31,677 nt of DNA from a virus (taxonomy: Duplodnaviria; Caudoviricetes), in IMG/VR virus record IMGVR_UViG_3300037465_000070, positions 1 through 31,677 of that record; one strand, given 5' to 3'. Positions 19,082 to 27,137 of the stretch are shown piece by piece. Each line of letters begins with the position of its first letter. Position 1 is the stretch's first letter. The translations under genes and the position numbers were made by a program. The notes under the pieces are model-generated. The model made no database searches. It saw nothing but the letters and a program-made list of their open reading frames with translations, and was not told the origin of the DNA.

Positions 19082-19576
19082 ATGGCTGCTATCACCATGA
19101 ACACTGCTCCCGTCAAGTCGGGAGGGATTCAGTACCTAGAGGACGTCACCATCACGAACCAGACGGCAGATTCCACCGCCGTGACGAAGGGTGTGGCGGT
19201 TCCGCCCTGGGCGAGCAAGGTCGTGTTCTACATCTTCTACGACTCATCGGGCGGTACGTCACCACTGTTCGACTTCACGCTCGGGATGCCCGACTGGGGG
19301 ACCGACGGCGCAGCATTCACGGATAACACGGATCTATCCGCTCTCGGCAACGCGGCCTGGAACGGCATCACGCAGATAACGGGTAACGGACCCTACGTCA
19401 TAGTTGTGGAGGTTGGCCCCGACGTGACCGACGACGATACGGGGTCGGCGGCGGCATCCTGCTACTACGGCGTGAGGTGCGACTTGCCTCCGGTGCTGAC
19501 CTACACCTACACGACGGATGGCACCAGTGATGACGAGGACTACGCCTTCCGCATCGCAGCCCACTGGAAGGTTTAG
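19082..19576 (+). CDS. Beta-rich acidic virion protein (164 aa)
   Basis: RBS GGGGAG; jelly-roll-like alternating strands; located in the structural block. Confidence 0.65.
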   Translation: MAAITMNTAPVKSGGIQYLEDVTITNQTADSTAVTKGVAVPPWASKVVFYIFYDSSGGTSPLFDFTLGMPDWGTDGAAFTDNTDLSALGNAAWNGITQITGNGPYVIVVEVGPDVTDDDTGSAAASCYYGVRCDLPPVLTYTYTTDGTSDDEDYAFRIAAHWKV

Positions 19577-19608
19577 ATGGCCAGCAGGACCACGTGGGTG
19601 AGTGAGTC

Positions 19609-20478
19609 ATGGTAACGATGGCAAGCACCGTTACGGCGGTTCGTAGGCTCCTGCAGGACCGCCCGCTCCGCGTAGACCTCGCGGCCGCAATCACCGATAC
19701 CTCCACCAAGACGTTCACCGTGGCAGCCGCAGATATCCGTCACTTCACCGCCGGTCAGACGTGGGAACACGACGACGGGAGCGCAAGCGCGGAGCTACGG
19801 ATCGTGGAGGCCGTGGACACTGCCACCAACACCGTCACCGCAGAGCGGGGAGCCCACGGCTCCACGGCTGCCACCCATGCGGACGCGAGCTACATCCTCA
19901 AAGAACCCCGCTTCACCTACGACATCTGTGCCCAGGCCATCTCCACCGTGATAGACGCGGAGCTTTACCAGGCGGGTATCTATGAGATCGTCGAACACGA
20001 GTTGACGGCCTCGGCCACAACCAACCTATTCAACGCCCCGTCCTCCGCTTGTGAGGAGTTCCTCCGTATCTACTACCGCCTGGACAGCAACGACGACTTC
20101 ACGGATATCAAGGACTTCTCGCGGGCGCTCTATAACGTGGACACGGACCTCTACGCCAACGGGCGGTATGCCGTGATCCATTCTCAGCCCGTCGCGGGAA
20201 CGACCATGTACGTGAACTGCAAGCACAAGCTGACCGTGACGACCCTATCTGCCGCCCAGGAGCGCATCACGCATCTGCTGGCCTGCGCGTACCTGTTGGA
20301 ATGGACGGAGCCTAAGCGCACCGCCGGACCCTCCAACCAAGGCGACAGGACCGTGCGGGTGGGCTCGGGTGTAGGAACCGCCGCCTACTACCGTACCCAG
20401 GCCGAGCGGCTGATAGCCAAGGAGCGCAGCTACCTAAAGAGGCTGAACCCGCCCTACCGGGTGTGGCTGAGGGACTGA
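19609..20478 (+). CDS. Putative head-tail adaptor (T7 gp11/P22 gp4-like position)
   Basis: N-terminal helix TVTAVRRLLQD, inserted beta domain with ERGAHGSTAATH, C-terminal helices (LLACAYLL, YYRTQAERLIAKER); precedes the nozzle gene. Start 19609 or 19618. Confidence 0.65.
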   Translation: MVTMASTVTAVRRLLQDRPLRVDLAAAITDTSTKTFTVAAADIRHFTAGQTWEHDDGSASAELRIVEAVDTATNTVTAERGAHGSTAATHADASYILKEPRFTYDICAQAISTVIDAELYQAGIYEIVEHELTASATTNLFNAPSSACEEFLRIYYRLDSNDDFTDIKDFSRALYNVDTDLYANGRYAVIHSQPVAGTTMYVNCKHKLTVTTLSAAQERITHLLACAYLLEWTEPKRTAGPSNQGDRTVRVGSGVGTAAYYRTQAERLIAKERSYLKRLNPPYRVWLRD

Positions 20479-20479
20479 C

Positions 20480-23215
20480 ATGGCGCTGGCGAGCGGCGCA
20501 CACGTCTCCATCGGTGGCGTGGACTACTTCTTGGACGAGGGGTACGAGTCCATCACGGGCCGCCGCTGCTACGTCCACGGCGCCCGCTCCATCTTCGCGG
20601 AACAGTTCACCCCGACTGGCTCGCCGGGTTCGCAGAACCTACGGAACGACGTGCTCCGCTGGTTCATCACGGACTTCGACGGCGAAGGTCAGACGGTGCT
20701 CGACGGCTCTGACCCCGAATCCGCGCGCCTGTTCTACCGCTCGGAGGGCCTTGACTTCCGTACGCCTGGTGAAGTGAAGCTGAATCGCTCGTCGATAGCG
20801 ACCACGCCGCCGATCGCAGGCGCAGCGTCCACGACGTTTGAGGGCAGTGTAGACATGGAGGATGTCTCGGGGTCGCCCCCCTCGTCTACGACCGGCACAG
20901 ACCGCATCATCAACGCAGCCAACGGTGTCATCACGACCAACATCAACTGGACCCCGGGGGCAGGCACAGCCGAGGTTCGCTACCACATCTACCGCCAGTC
21001 CTTCGCCGATGGAGCGACCACGATAAACGGCGCCGACTTCGACGGCTTCAGCGGTCAGGTGACGGACTCAGGTACGGATCTGCTGCTTCATGCCGCTGAT
21101 GCAGCAGCGCACTCGGCAGAGTTCACCACGGCCTCAGACTTCAGCGCGGGGACCCGATACCGGGTCGAGTTCCGCGCCCACCGCGCCGCACGCGGCATCT
21201 CGCAGGTGCGGTTCTACGTGTGGGACACGACCGATGGATGGGCCAAGCGCGAGATAGTGGATACCACCGTGGCCTCCATCGTGGATGAGTCCGAACCTTC
21301 GGACGAGACAGCGGCCCTGCACTTCACCCCTCGCGCGACCCGCAAGTACCGCTACGGCATCCGCTATGAGTCCTCCACTCACAACGAGAACAACCGCCTG
21401 GTCTTCGACAATGCCAAGTGGGGCAAGGCACCTAACGAGTGCAAGGCGAAGCTGATCGTCTACAATCAGTCGGCTTCGGTGCAGGTGGCAGAGCGCACGG
21501 TGCGTTTCTCCTCGACCTCTAGCGCCGTGGTGGGAACCATCGTATTCGCCACCGCCGCCGCGACCAACTACCGCTTCCGCGTGGAGCGCGTAGCGGGCAA
21601 CCCCAAGACCGTGGTGGACAAGATCGTAGCCAAGGACCAGAGCACCGTGACGTACACGCTTGATTGCATAGACGTGGGCCACGCGGGAGACATGCGCCTG
21701 GCCGGTCACATCTCAACCGATCATGTGAACGTCTGGAAGTACGATGCCTCGACCGACGAGTGGTCGGCGATAGGCCAGCTTGACGCTTCCGCCTCGACGA
21801 ACGCGACGGTTCGCGCGATGGCTCACTCAGACCAGTTGGAGTACCTGGCGTTGTCCGACGACACGGTGCGCACCATCAACGCGGCAGGGAGTGATGCGGT
21901 CTACGCGAGCTTCTCGGGTGGCACGCATGACATCGTTGGCCTGGCGGTGTGCCAGAACAGGTTGTTCATCCTGGACGAAACGTCCGGTGGCGTTGACATC
22001 TACACGACCCCCCTCGACGGGTCTAGCTATGTCCTGGACACCGACACGACCAACGTGGCCGTGGACAATCAGGAGATGGGGAATAAGTCGCCGGACACGA
22101 CGCTGCGTCAGCGCATGTGTTCCTCCCCGACGGGCGCACGCTTCTTCGTCAACTACGGCGATGTGACGTGCAAGGTGTATCAGACCAACGCTTCGGAAGA
22201 AGGACTGGTCACTACCGAGATAGGCGACCTCGGGTCGGGCGTGAAAGGGTCGGCCATCGCGTATGACCGTGGCTACACCTGGATCACCGGGCAGTTCACC
22301 GCCGAGTCAGACCAGACCGGCCGCTCGGCGCTATGGGTCATCTCGCCCAACGGCGTGACGGAGTTCATCGGCTACTTCCGCCGTGACGACCCCGACCCCC
22401 GCGATCCAGCCTTCATCGTGGCCCATCAGGGTGACCTCTACATCCTGCAGGGCGTCTACGTGTGGCGCTACTCGCTCTCTTCGGGCGGCCTGTTCTTGGA
22501 ATACCAGCTCGACCCGACATCACCTGCTCAGGGCCGCGCACTCGCCGTTACGCAGGGCCGGGTGTTCGCCTGCTACACCGACGAGGTATGGGTGACCGGC
22601 TCCACGTCTGACTATCGCCAAGCGTCGGTGGCAGGCGGCAACTCGCTGGAAACCTCCGTCTACGACTTCTCCCTGCCCGGCGTGACCAAGACCCTGACGG
22701 GAATCCAGATCATCACCGACGATATGGCCTCGGGAACGCAGGTGGCCGTCGAGTACCAGGCTGACCAGTCGGGCACCTGGACGTTCCTTGCATCCCTCAC
22801 GCAGCGGCGGCGAGGGATGCTGCGCCTCGCTGAACAGGGCGAGGACTTCAGCTTCCAGACCTTGCAGCTTCGCGTCACGCTGGAATCCACCGACGGCACG
22901 AACACGCCCTATCTACGCGGTGTGGTGGCGGAAGCCGTTGCAGCCGATGCTGAGGAATACTTCGACCTGGTGCTCCTGTGCGAAGACACCGATGCCTCCT
23001 TCCACTTCGCAGGCGAGCAGTACGACGGAGGAACCAAGGCATCACACCTTTGGGATATCTACCGCCGCGCGGCCCCGGTGACGTTGGTGGACGGCTACGG
23101 GCACAAGGAGTCAGCAGTGACCAGTGAGTATCTAGTGACGATCGCAGACCTCCGAGACGAGCGGAACGCGCTCGGGGAGGGAAGGGTGGTCGGGACCTTC
23201 AAGGTGCTTGCCTGA
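20480..23215 (+). CDS. Putative tail nozzle (tubular protein B-like) with inserted carbohydrate-binding-like domains
   Basis: 911 aa. FYRSEGLDFRTPGEVKL, beta-propeller-like blades, LETSVYDFSLPGVTK and LQLRVTL...TP.LRG are typical of podovirus nozzles. Confidence 0.72.
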   Translation: MALASGAHVSIGGVDYFLDEGYESITGRRCYVHGARSIFAEQFTPTGSPGSQNLRNDVLRWFITDFDGEGQTVLDGSDPESARLFYRSEGLDFRTPGEVKLNRSSIATTPPIAGAASTTFEGSVDMEDVSGSPPSSTTGTDRIINAANGVITTNINWTPGAGTAEVRYHIYRQSFADGATTINGADFDGFSGQVTDSGTDLLLHAADAAAHSAEFTTASDFSAGTRYRVEFRAHRAARGISQVRFYVWDTTDGWAKREIVDTTVASIVDESEPSDETAALHFTPRATRKYRYGIRYESSTHNENNRLVFDNAKWGKAPNECKAKLIVYNQSASVQVAERTVRFSSTSSAVVGTIVFATAAATNYRFRVERVAGNPKTVVDKIVAKDQSTVTYTLDCIDVGHAGDMRLAGHISTDHVNVWKYDASTDEWSAIGQLDASASTNATVRAMAHSDQLEYLALSDDTVRTINAAGSDAVYASFSGGTHDIVGLAVCQNRLFILDETSGGVDIYTTPLDGSSYVLDTDTTNVAVDNQEMGNKSPDTTLRQRMCSSPTGARFFVNYGDVTCKVYQTNASEEGLVTTEIGDLGSGVKGSAIAYDRGYTWITGQFTAESDQTGRSALWVISPNGVTEFIGYFRRDDPDPRDPAFIVAHQGDLYILQGVYVWRYSLSSGGLFLEYQLDPTSPAQGRALAVTQGRVFACYTDEVWVTGSTSDYRQASVAGGNSLETSVYDFSLPGVTKTLTGIQIITDDMASGTQVAVEYQADQSGTWTFLASLTQRRRGMLRLAEQGEDFSFQTLQLRVTLESTDGTNTPYLRGVVAEAVAADAEEYFDLVLLCEDTDASFHFAGEQYDGGTKASHLWDIYRRAAPVTLVDGYGHKESAVTSEYLVTIADLRDERNALGEGRVVGTFKVLA

Positions 23216-23697
23216 TGGCCGCCTTCGATACCCGCCGTGTCCGTCCCTTCCGCCGCATAGGGTTCGTGCGTCCATTCCCGCCCATCAACCCGGTGCCCCG
23301 TGACGGCGAACGGGCCGTCTACATCTCGTCATCGCAGGTCATCACCGAGGATACCGACGCCGAGAAGCCACGCTGGCTCACCTACAACACCGGCGCCACG
23401 CTGGACACGAACACTGGAACCCGTTTCTACCCGCCGCGCAAGATAGAGGTTCGGAACGTGATGGTCTCGGTTGAGGGCGCGCCTTCCTCCACCCTTACCG
23501 GCGATTTGCTACGTAACGGCACCTCGATGTATCCCAGCGCGACGAAGCCGACCATCTCAGCAGGCAACTACTACGGGGCGTTGCGCGCACCGGACCGCAA
23601 CACGGTCAACCGGGGCGACTACCTTCAGTGCCAGTTGACCGCGACCGGGTCGGCCACGGGTCCGGCAATCTTCTACATCCAGTATCGGAGGCTCTGA
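23215..23697 (+). CDS. Minor tail/virion protein (160 aa)
   Basis: TGATG coupling; KPTISAG and VNRGDYLQCQL...G motifs of a common phage tail beta-sandwich domain. Confidence 0.7.
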   Translation: MAAFDTRRVRPFRRIGFVRPFPPINPVPRDGERAVYISSSQVITEDTDAEKPRWLTYNTGATLDTNTGTRFYPPRKIEVRNVMVSVEGAPSSTLTGDLLRNGTSMYPSATKPTISAGNYYGALRAPDRNTVNRGDYLQCQLTATGSATGPAIFYIQYRRL

Positions 23698-24680
23698 TGG
23701 CTAGGTTGTTCCAGACGGGCTTGGAGATGGGAAGCCTTGAAGTGTTCAACGTTCAGCGCTACAATATCACTCTCTCGTCCTCCGTCACGCGCGGGTCGTG
23801 GTCGAGCTATTCCCTGAACTCTGGCGGCAGCAGCGGTGTAGCACGATTCTCGCTGCCCAGCGCGCCGAGTGAGTTCTACTGTGGGTTCGGTCTGCGCCCC
23901 GAGAACGCTAACGCATGGGTCGCGCAATTCTATTCGCCCGGCGGCGCGCTCCAATGCTCGCTGCTGATTGATGCTGGTGGGCATATCGACGCCTATCGAG
24001 CCGATAGCGCCAAGTTGACCGACGGTTCGAAGGTGCTGACGGTAGACACCTGGTACTACATCGAGTGCCATTGGGTCATCGACGACAGCACGGGGTCGGT
24101 AGAGGTCAAGATAGACGGTGTTGTGGACTCGTCTGCTACCGGGGTAGATACCAAAGGCTCGACGACCTATTCCACGGTTGAGTCCATCAGCACCGCCGAG
24201 GGTGGCTACTACGACGACATCTACGTGAACGATACCAGCGGCTCACAGAACACGGGCTACTCGGGGGACGTGCGGATCAGCGCCTACATCCCCAACGCCG
24301 ATGGTGATTCGTCGGGGTTGTCGCTCTCTACCGGCACGTCTCATTACGCCGTCGTGGACGAGCGCCCCCCCAACGATGCCACGGACTACGCCTATGATTC
24401 CGTGGTGAACGACTACGACCTGCTCCACATCCCGAACACGTCGGGCATCTCTACCGTGCAGGCCGTGACGCTATGGCTCAGGGCGCAGAAATCAGATGCA
24501 GGCACCGCCAGCATCGCGCACATGCTCAAGTCGGGTAGTACGGAGAACACGGGTTCGGACGTTGCCCTGTCCACCTCCTGGACCTACTACGGCAGCGTCT
24601 ACAACGTGGACCCGACGGACTCGGCGGCGTGGACGGCGAGCAAACTGGACGCCCTGCAGATCGGCGCTAAGGTGAGATGA
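23697..24680 (+). CDS. Tail protein with ConA/LamG-like lectin domain (327 aa)
   Basis: ATG 23697 coupled to the upstream TGA. TWYYIECHW...GSVEVKIDG, YYDDIYVNDTSG...GDVRI...PNADG and C-terminal WT...DALQIG. Confidence 0.75.
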   Translation: MARLFQTGLEMGSLEVFNVQRYNITLSSSVTRGSWSSYSLNSGGSSGVARFSLPSAPSEFYCGFGLRPENANAWVAQFYSPGGALQCSLLIDAGGHIDAYRADSAKLTDGSKVLTVDTWYYIECHWVIDDSTGSVEVKIDGVVDSSATGVDTKGSTTYSTVESISTAEGGYYDDIYVNDTSGSQNTGYSGDVRISAYIPNADGDSSGLSLSTGTSHYAVVDERPPNDATDYAYDSVVNDYDLLHIPNTSGISTVQAVTLWLRAQKSDAGTASIAHMLKSGSTENTGSDVALSTSWTYYGSVYNVDPTDSAAWTASKLDALQIGAKVR

Positions 24681-24943
24681 CCGATTCTCGTGTAACCCAA
24701 GCCATAGCCGAGGTCGCTGAGGTTCCGACCACGGTAGAGCGCAGGGTCTCTCAAGCCATAGCCGAGGTCGCTGAGGTTCCGACCACGGTAGAGCGCAGGG
24801 TCTCTCAGGTCATAGCCGAGGTCGCTGAGGTTCCGACCACGGTAGAGCGCAGGGTCTCTCAGGTCATCCTAGAGGTTGCCTATACCATAGGGGGGGGACC
24901 TGTTTGGGGATGGGGCAGCGCACCGGCCTGGGGGGCCTTCTGA
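24677..24943 (+). CDS. Small tail-associated protein built of 18-aa repeats (88 aa)
   Basis: ATGA overlap; three and a half copies of RVSQ(A/V)IAEVAEVPTTVER. Confidence 0.7.
   Translation: MTDSRVTQAIAEVAEVPTTVERRVSQAIAEVAEVPTTVERRVSQVIAEVAEVPTTVERRVSQVILEVAYTIGGGPVWGWGSAPAWGAF
24698..24867 (+). repeat. 54-bp near-perfect tandem repeat, about 3.1 copies
   Basis: Unit CATAGCCGAGGTCGCTGAGGTTCCGACCACGGTAGAGCGCAGGGTCTCTCA(AGC/GGT) starts at 24703, 24757 and 24811. Confidence 0.95.
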
Positions 24944-24955
24944 GGAGATTTTTCC

Positions 24956-24977
24956 CCCTTGACCCAGCGCGTTACAT
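24956..24977 (+). promoter_or_regulatory. CCCTTGAC-N9-TACAT motif, copy 5 (putative late promoter of lysis operon)
   Basis: CCCTTGAC 24956-24963, TACAT 24973-24977; endolysin GTG 24984 is 7 nt after the final T, as for the portal. Confidence 0.6.
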
Positions 24978-24983
24978 GGGTGC

Positions 24984-25703
24984 GTGGGACCTATCGTCCG
25001 CTTTCAGACAGGTAAGGGGCTGCGGTGGAGTGCGCCTGAGGGTCCCTTCTTCGCGCGCGGCCGCCTCCGCCGAACCATCCGCCGCCAGGTCAGCACTCGC
25101 CCCATCCGCTGGAGGCTGGCGGGCTGGAAGGACTGGCGTCAAGCGCGCTGGCCGTGGCTGGCTGCGGCGCGGATCGTGCGCCACGCCAAGGGAGTCAGCG
25201 GCCGGGTGGCCTACCAGGTCCAGGGTGGTCCCCGCTTGCGGCGCCTCGAAGGGCAAGTTCCCGATGCTGGCTACATCCCCTGGGCAGCGAAGCTCACACT
25301 CGGGACCCGGCGCACCGTCGCCTTTTTCGCCGAGATTCACCTCGTCTTCCCGAAGCTCCGCAACCTCGGCATCTACAACCCCCGCACGCTGAGGTACGAC
25401 TCGTCTTATTGGTCCGAACACGCATGGGCGGCCGCCGCCGACTGCGGGGTGGACAACCAAGAGGGGACGGGATTCGCGACCGATCCGAACCGCATCGCGC
25501 TGAACCTGGAGGCCCTGACCCGATACGTCCTTGCAAACTTCTCCCGTTTGGGTGTTGCCCAACATATCTACAACTCCCAGCAGTACCTGGCGAGCGGCAC
25601 CGGGTACGTCAAACGTCCCTACACCGCGTCCGATCCTCACGAGACCCACACCCATACCGCATTCGCTAACCACGATGGGGCCAAGCCACCATGGATCCGC
25701 TGA
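24984..25703 (+). CDS. Endolysin, M15-like Zn peptidase
   Basis: GIYNPR...SEHAWAAAAD (H-x6-D) and HETHTH (HxH) Zn motifs; next to holin-like genes. Confidence 0.75.
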   Translation: MGPIVRFQTGKGLRWSAPEGPFFARGRLRRTIRRQVSTRPIRWRLAGWKDWRQARWPWLAAARIVRHAKGVSGRVAYQVQGGPRLRRLEGQVPDAGYIPWAAKLTLGTRRTVAFFAEIHLVFPKLRNLGIYNPRTLRYDSSYWSEHAWAAAADCGVDNQEGTGFATDPNRIALNLEALTRYVLANFSRLGVAQHIYNSQQYLASGTGYVKRPYTASDPHETHTHTAFANHDGAKPPWIR

Positions 25704-25870
25704 GCGCCATCCGGGAGTTCGGTGGCATGGGCCTGGCTGCCTACGTCGTCTTCTGGATGACGCGCAAGTTCAACGGCAAGCTCGACAGCAACACGACGAC
25801 GTTGCGCGAAGCCACCGAGGCGATACGCGCGCTGCGCGATGCCATCGAGAGGGTGAACTGGAGGCCGTAG
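25691..25870 (+). CDS. Single-TM holin-like membrane protein (59 aa)
   Basis: Not in the ORF track. MDPLSAIREFGGMGLAAYVVFWMTRKFNGKLDSNTTTLREATEAIRALRDAIERVNWRP: one hydrophobic segment plus coiled coil (YvrJ/BhlA-like layout); overlaps the endolysin end. Confidence 0.7.
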   Translation: MDPLSAIREFGGMGLAAYVVFWMTRKFNGKLDSNTTTLREATEAIRALRDAIERVNWRP

Positions 25871-25925
25871 ATGTGGGACGCCGTTGCCGGGTTGCCAAGT
25901 CATGACCGCCGGAATCGGATAGGTG

Positions 25926-26141
25926 ATGAAGAAGACCAGAGCCAAGGCCGAGGCTGACCGAGCCCCGGCCACCGGGCCGCGTCTGCTCCACATCGTTTGG
26001 GCGCCGGGCGAGGAGGCGTGGATAGAGAACGAGGCCGAGTTCGCCCTGTGGGAGATAGCAGCGGTCTTAGCGCGCCTGGCCGAGGGCGTTGAGCGGCGTC
26101 TGAGCGACAGGGACGAGGAGGAGGAGGAGGATGATGACTAG
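25926..26141 (+). CDS. Hypothetical protein with acidic tail (71 aa)
   Basis: Basic N-terminus, C-terminal DEEEEEDDD; overlaps the next gene. Confidence 0.6.
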   Translation: MKKTRAKAEADRAPATGPRLLHIVWAPGEEAWIENEAEFALWEIAAVLARLAEGVERRLSDRDEEEEEDDD

Positions 26142-26421
26142 CCCCGTTCGGGCGCTGAAACGCCGCAAGCAAGAGGGCTACGCGCTCACGCCCCACGTCT
26201 CCGGTGACACCGTGACGTTCACGTACACGGGCAACTTCAAGCCCACGGACGAAGGGCACGTCTGGATAACCGTCATCGGCTACGAAGATGGCATCCCGAT
26301 CTACGCCGAGGACCACGGCGCCGACGATGGGGCCACGTGGACCGTGGCTGGTGAGACCAGCGCGGCGTACCTCTGGGTCTTCCCCGATGCGGGCACGGCA
26401 CTTGCCACCTGCACGTTCTAG
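26131..26421 (+). CDS. Hypothetical beta-rich protein (96 aa)
   Basis: GGAGGAGG upstream; protein-like codon usage. Confidence 0.65.
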   Translation: MMTSPVRALKRRKQEGYALTPHVSGDTVTFTYTGNFKPTDEGHVWITVIGYEDGIPIYAEDHGADDGATWTVAGETSAAYLWVFPDAGTALATCTF

Positions 26422-26434
26422 GAAGGAGGAGTGC

Positions 26435-26620
26435 ATGGATGTGAGAGATATCCTGGAGAGGGCCGCGAAGACGTTCGTGCAAGCGTTCCTGTCGGCCGTC
26501 CCGGTCGAGATCGTGATAGGCGGTCAGCTGCCAGCGCTGAGGGGCGCCGTCATCGCGGCGGGTGCCGCCGCCCTATCCGTCGTGTGGAACGCGGCCCTTC
26601 AGTGGGCCTCGACTGATTGA
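26435..26620 (+). CDS. Holin, r1t-like (61 aa)
   Basis: RBS AAGGAGGAG. MDVRDILERAAKTFVQAFLSAV...AAGAAALSVVWN carries the ERAxKTFxQA signature of actinophage r1t-family holins; two TM segments. Confidence 0.82.
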   Translation: MDVRDILERAAKTFVQAFLSAVPVEIVIGGQLPALRGAVIAAGAAALSVVWNAALQWASTD

Positions 26621-26760
26621 TGGAAATCGAACCTGCACCGAGCACTAGTTGTCCCACGTGCGGGGCGATTGTGTGCGTCCTTGCCGATTCGTGTTGGCGG
26701 TGTGAGCGCATCTTCGCGTCCCGCGAACTCTGGACCATCTATGAGGAACCGAAGGCCTGA
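26620..26760 (+). CDS. Zinc-ribbon microprotein (46 aa)
   Basis: Not in the ORF track. TGATG coupling; MEIEPAPSTSCPTCGAIVCVLADSCWRCERIFASRELWTIYEEPKA (CxxC-x10-CxxC). Confidence 0.7.
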   Translation: MEIEPAPSTSCPTCGAIVCVLADSCWRCERIFASRELWTIYEEPKA

Positions 26761-26761
26761 T

Positions 26762-26884
26762 GTGGCAGACGACGTTCTCGCCTCGGTCCTCGTGGAGTTG
26801 GCCCGTACCATCCGCGCGCTCACCCAGGAGATACGCGCGCTGAGGGAGGCGCTTGAGAAGGAGGAAGCTGATGCCGGGGACTGA
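26762..26884 (+). CDS. Short coiled-coil protein (40 aa)
   Basis: GTG 26762; ADDVLASVLVELARTIRALTQEIRALREALEKEEADAGD shows a heptad pattern. Confidence 0.55.
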   Translation: MADDVLASVLVELARTIRALTQEIRALREALEKEEADAGD

Positions 26885-27137
26885 GGCTTTCGCGGACATC
26901 TTGGAGCAGGAGCTGAAGTGGTCTCGGGGCAGCACCTACTGCTGGTATTGCCGACATGTCCCGCCTGAGATGCGGGAGGCGTTAGACGCCCAGGTGGCGA
27001 AGGGGGTGCGCAAGTGGAAGGCGTTCGCTGCGGCGCTTCAGAAAGCGGGAGTTACGGAGGCCTCCGCATCTAAGCTCCAGGGGCATTTCGTGGCCGCAGC
27101 AGCAGACCCCCGACACCAGGAGCGCAACGGTGGATGA
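26871..27137 (+). CDS. Small CxxC/HTH-like protein (88 aa)
   Basis: RBS AAGGAGG. CWYC...EMREALD...AAALQKAGV...SKLQGHF resembles the small HTH proteins that precede actinophage phosphoesterases. Confidence 0.7.
   Translation: MPGTEAFADILEQELKWSRGSTYCWYCRHVPPEMREALDAQVAKGVRKWKAFAAALQKAGVTEASASKLQGHFVAAAADPRHQERNGG

Noticed and set aside
19577-19615. Mini-ORF MASRTTWVSESW (and similarly 25871-25957) starting right after a TAG
   Set aside because: Very short with no recognisable motif; cannot be supported from sequence alone.
24698-24867. Possible CRISPR array
   Set aside because: Contiguous 54-bp units without unique spacers, in frame in a CDS; no cas genes.
13041-24943. Diversity-generating retroelement or invertible tail-fibre system
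   Set aside because: No reverse transcriptase or invertase seen, and no template/variable repeat pair with adenine-specific mismatches.
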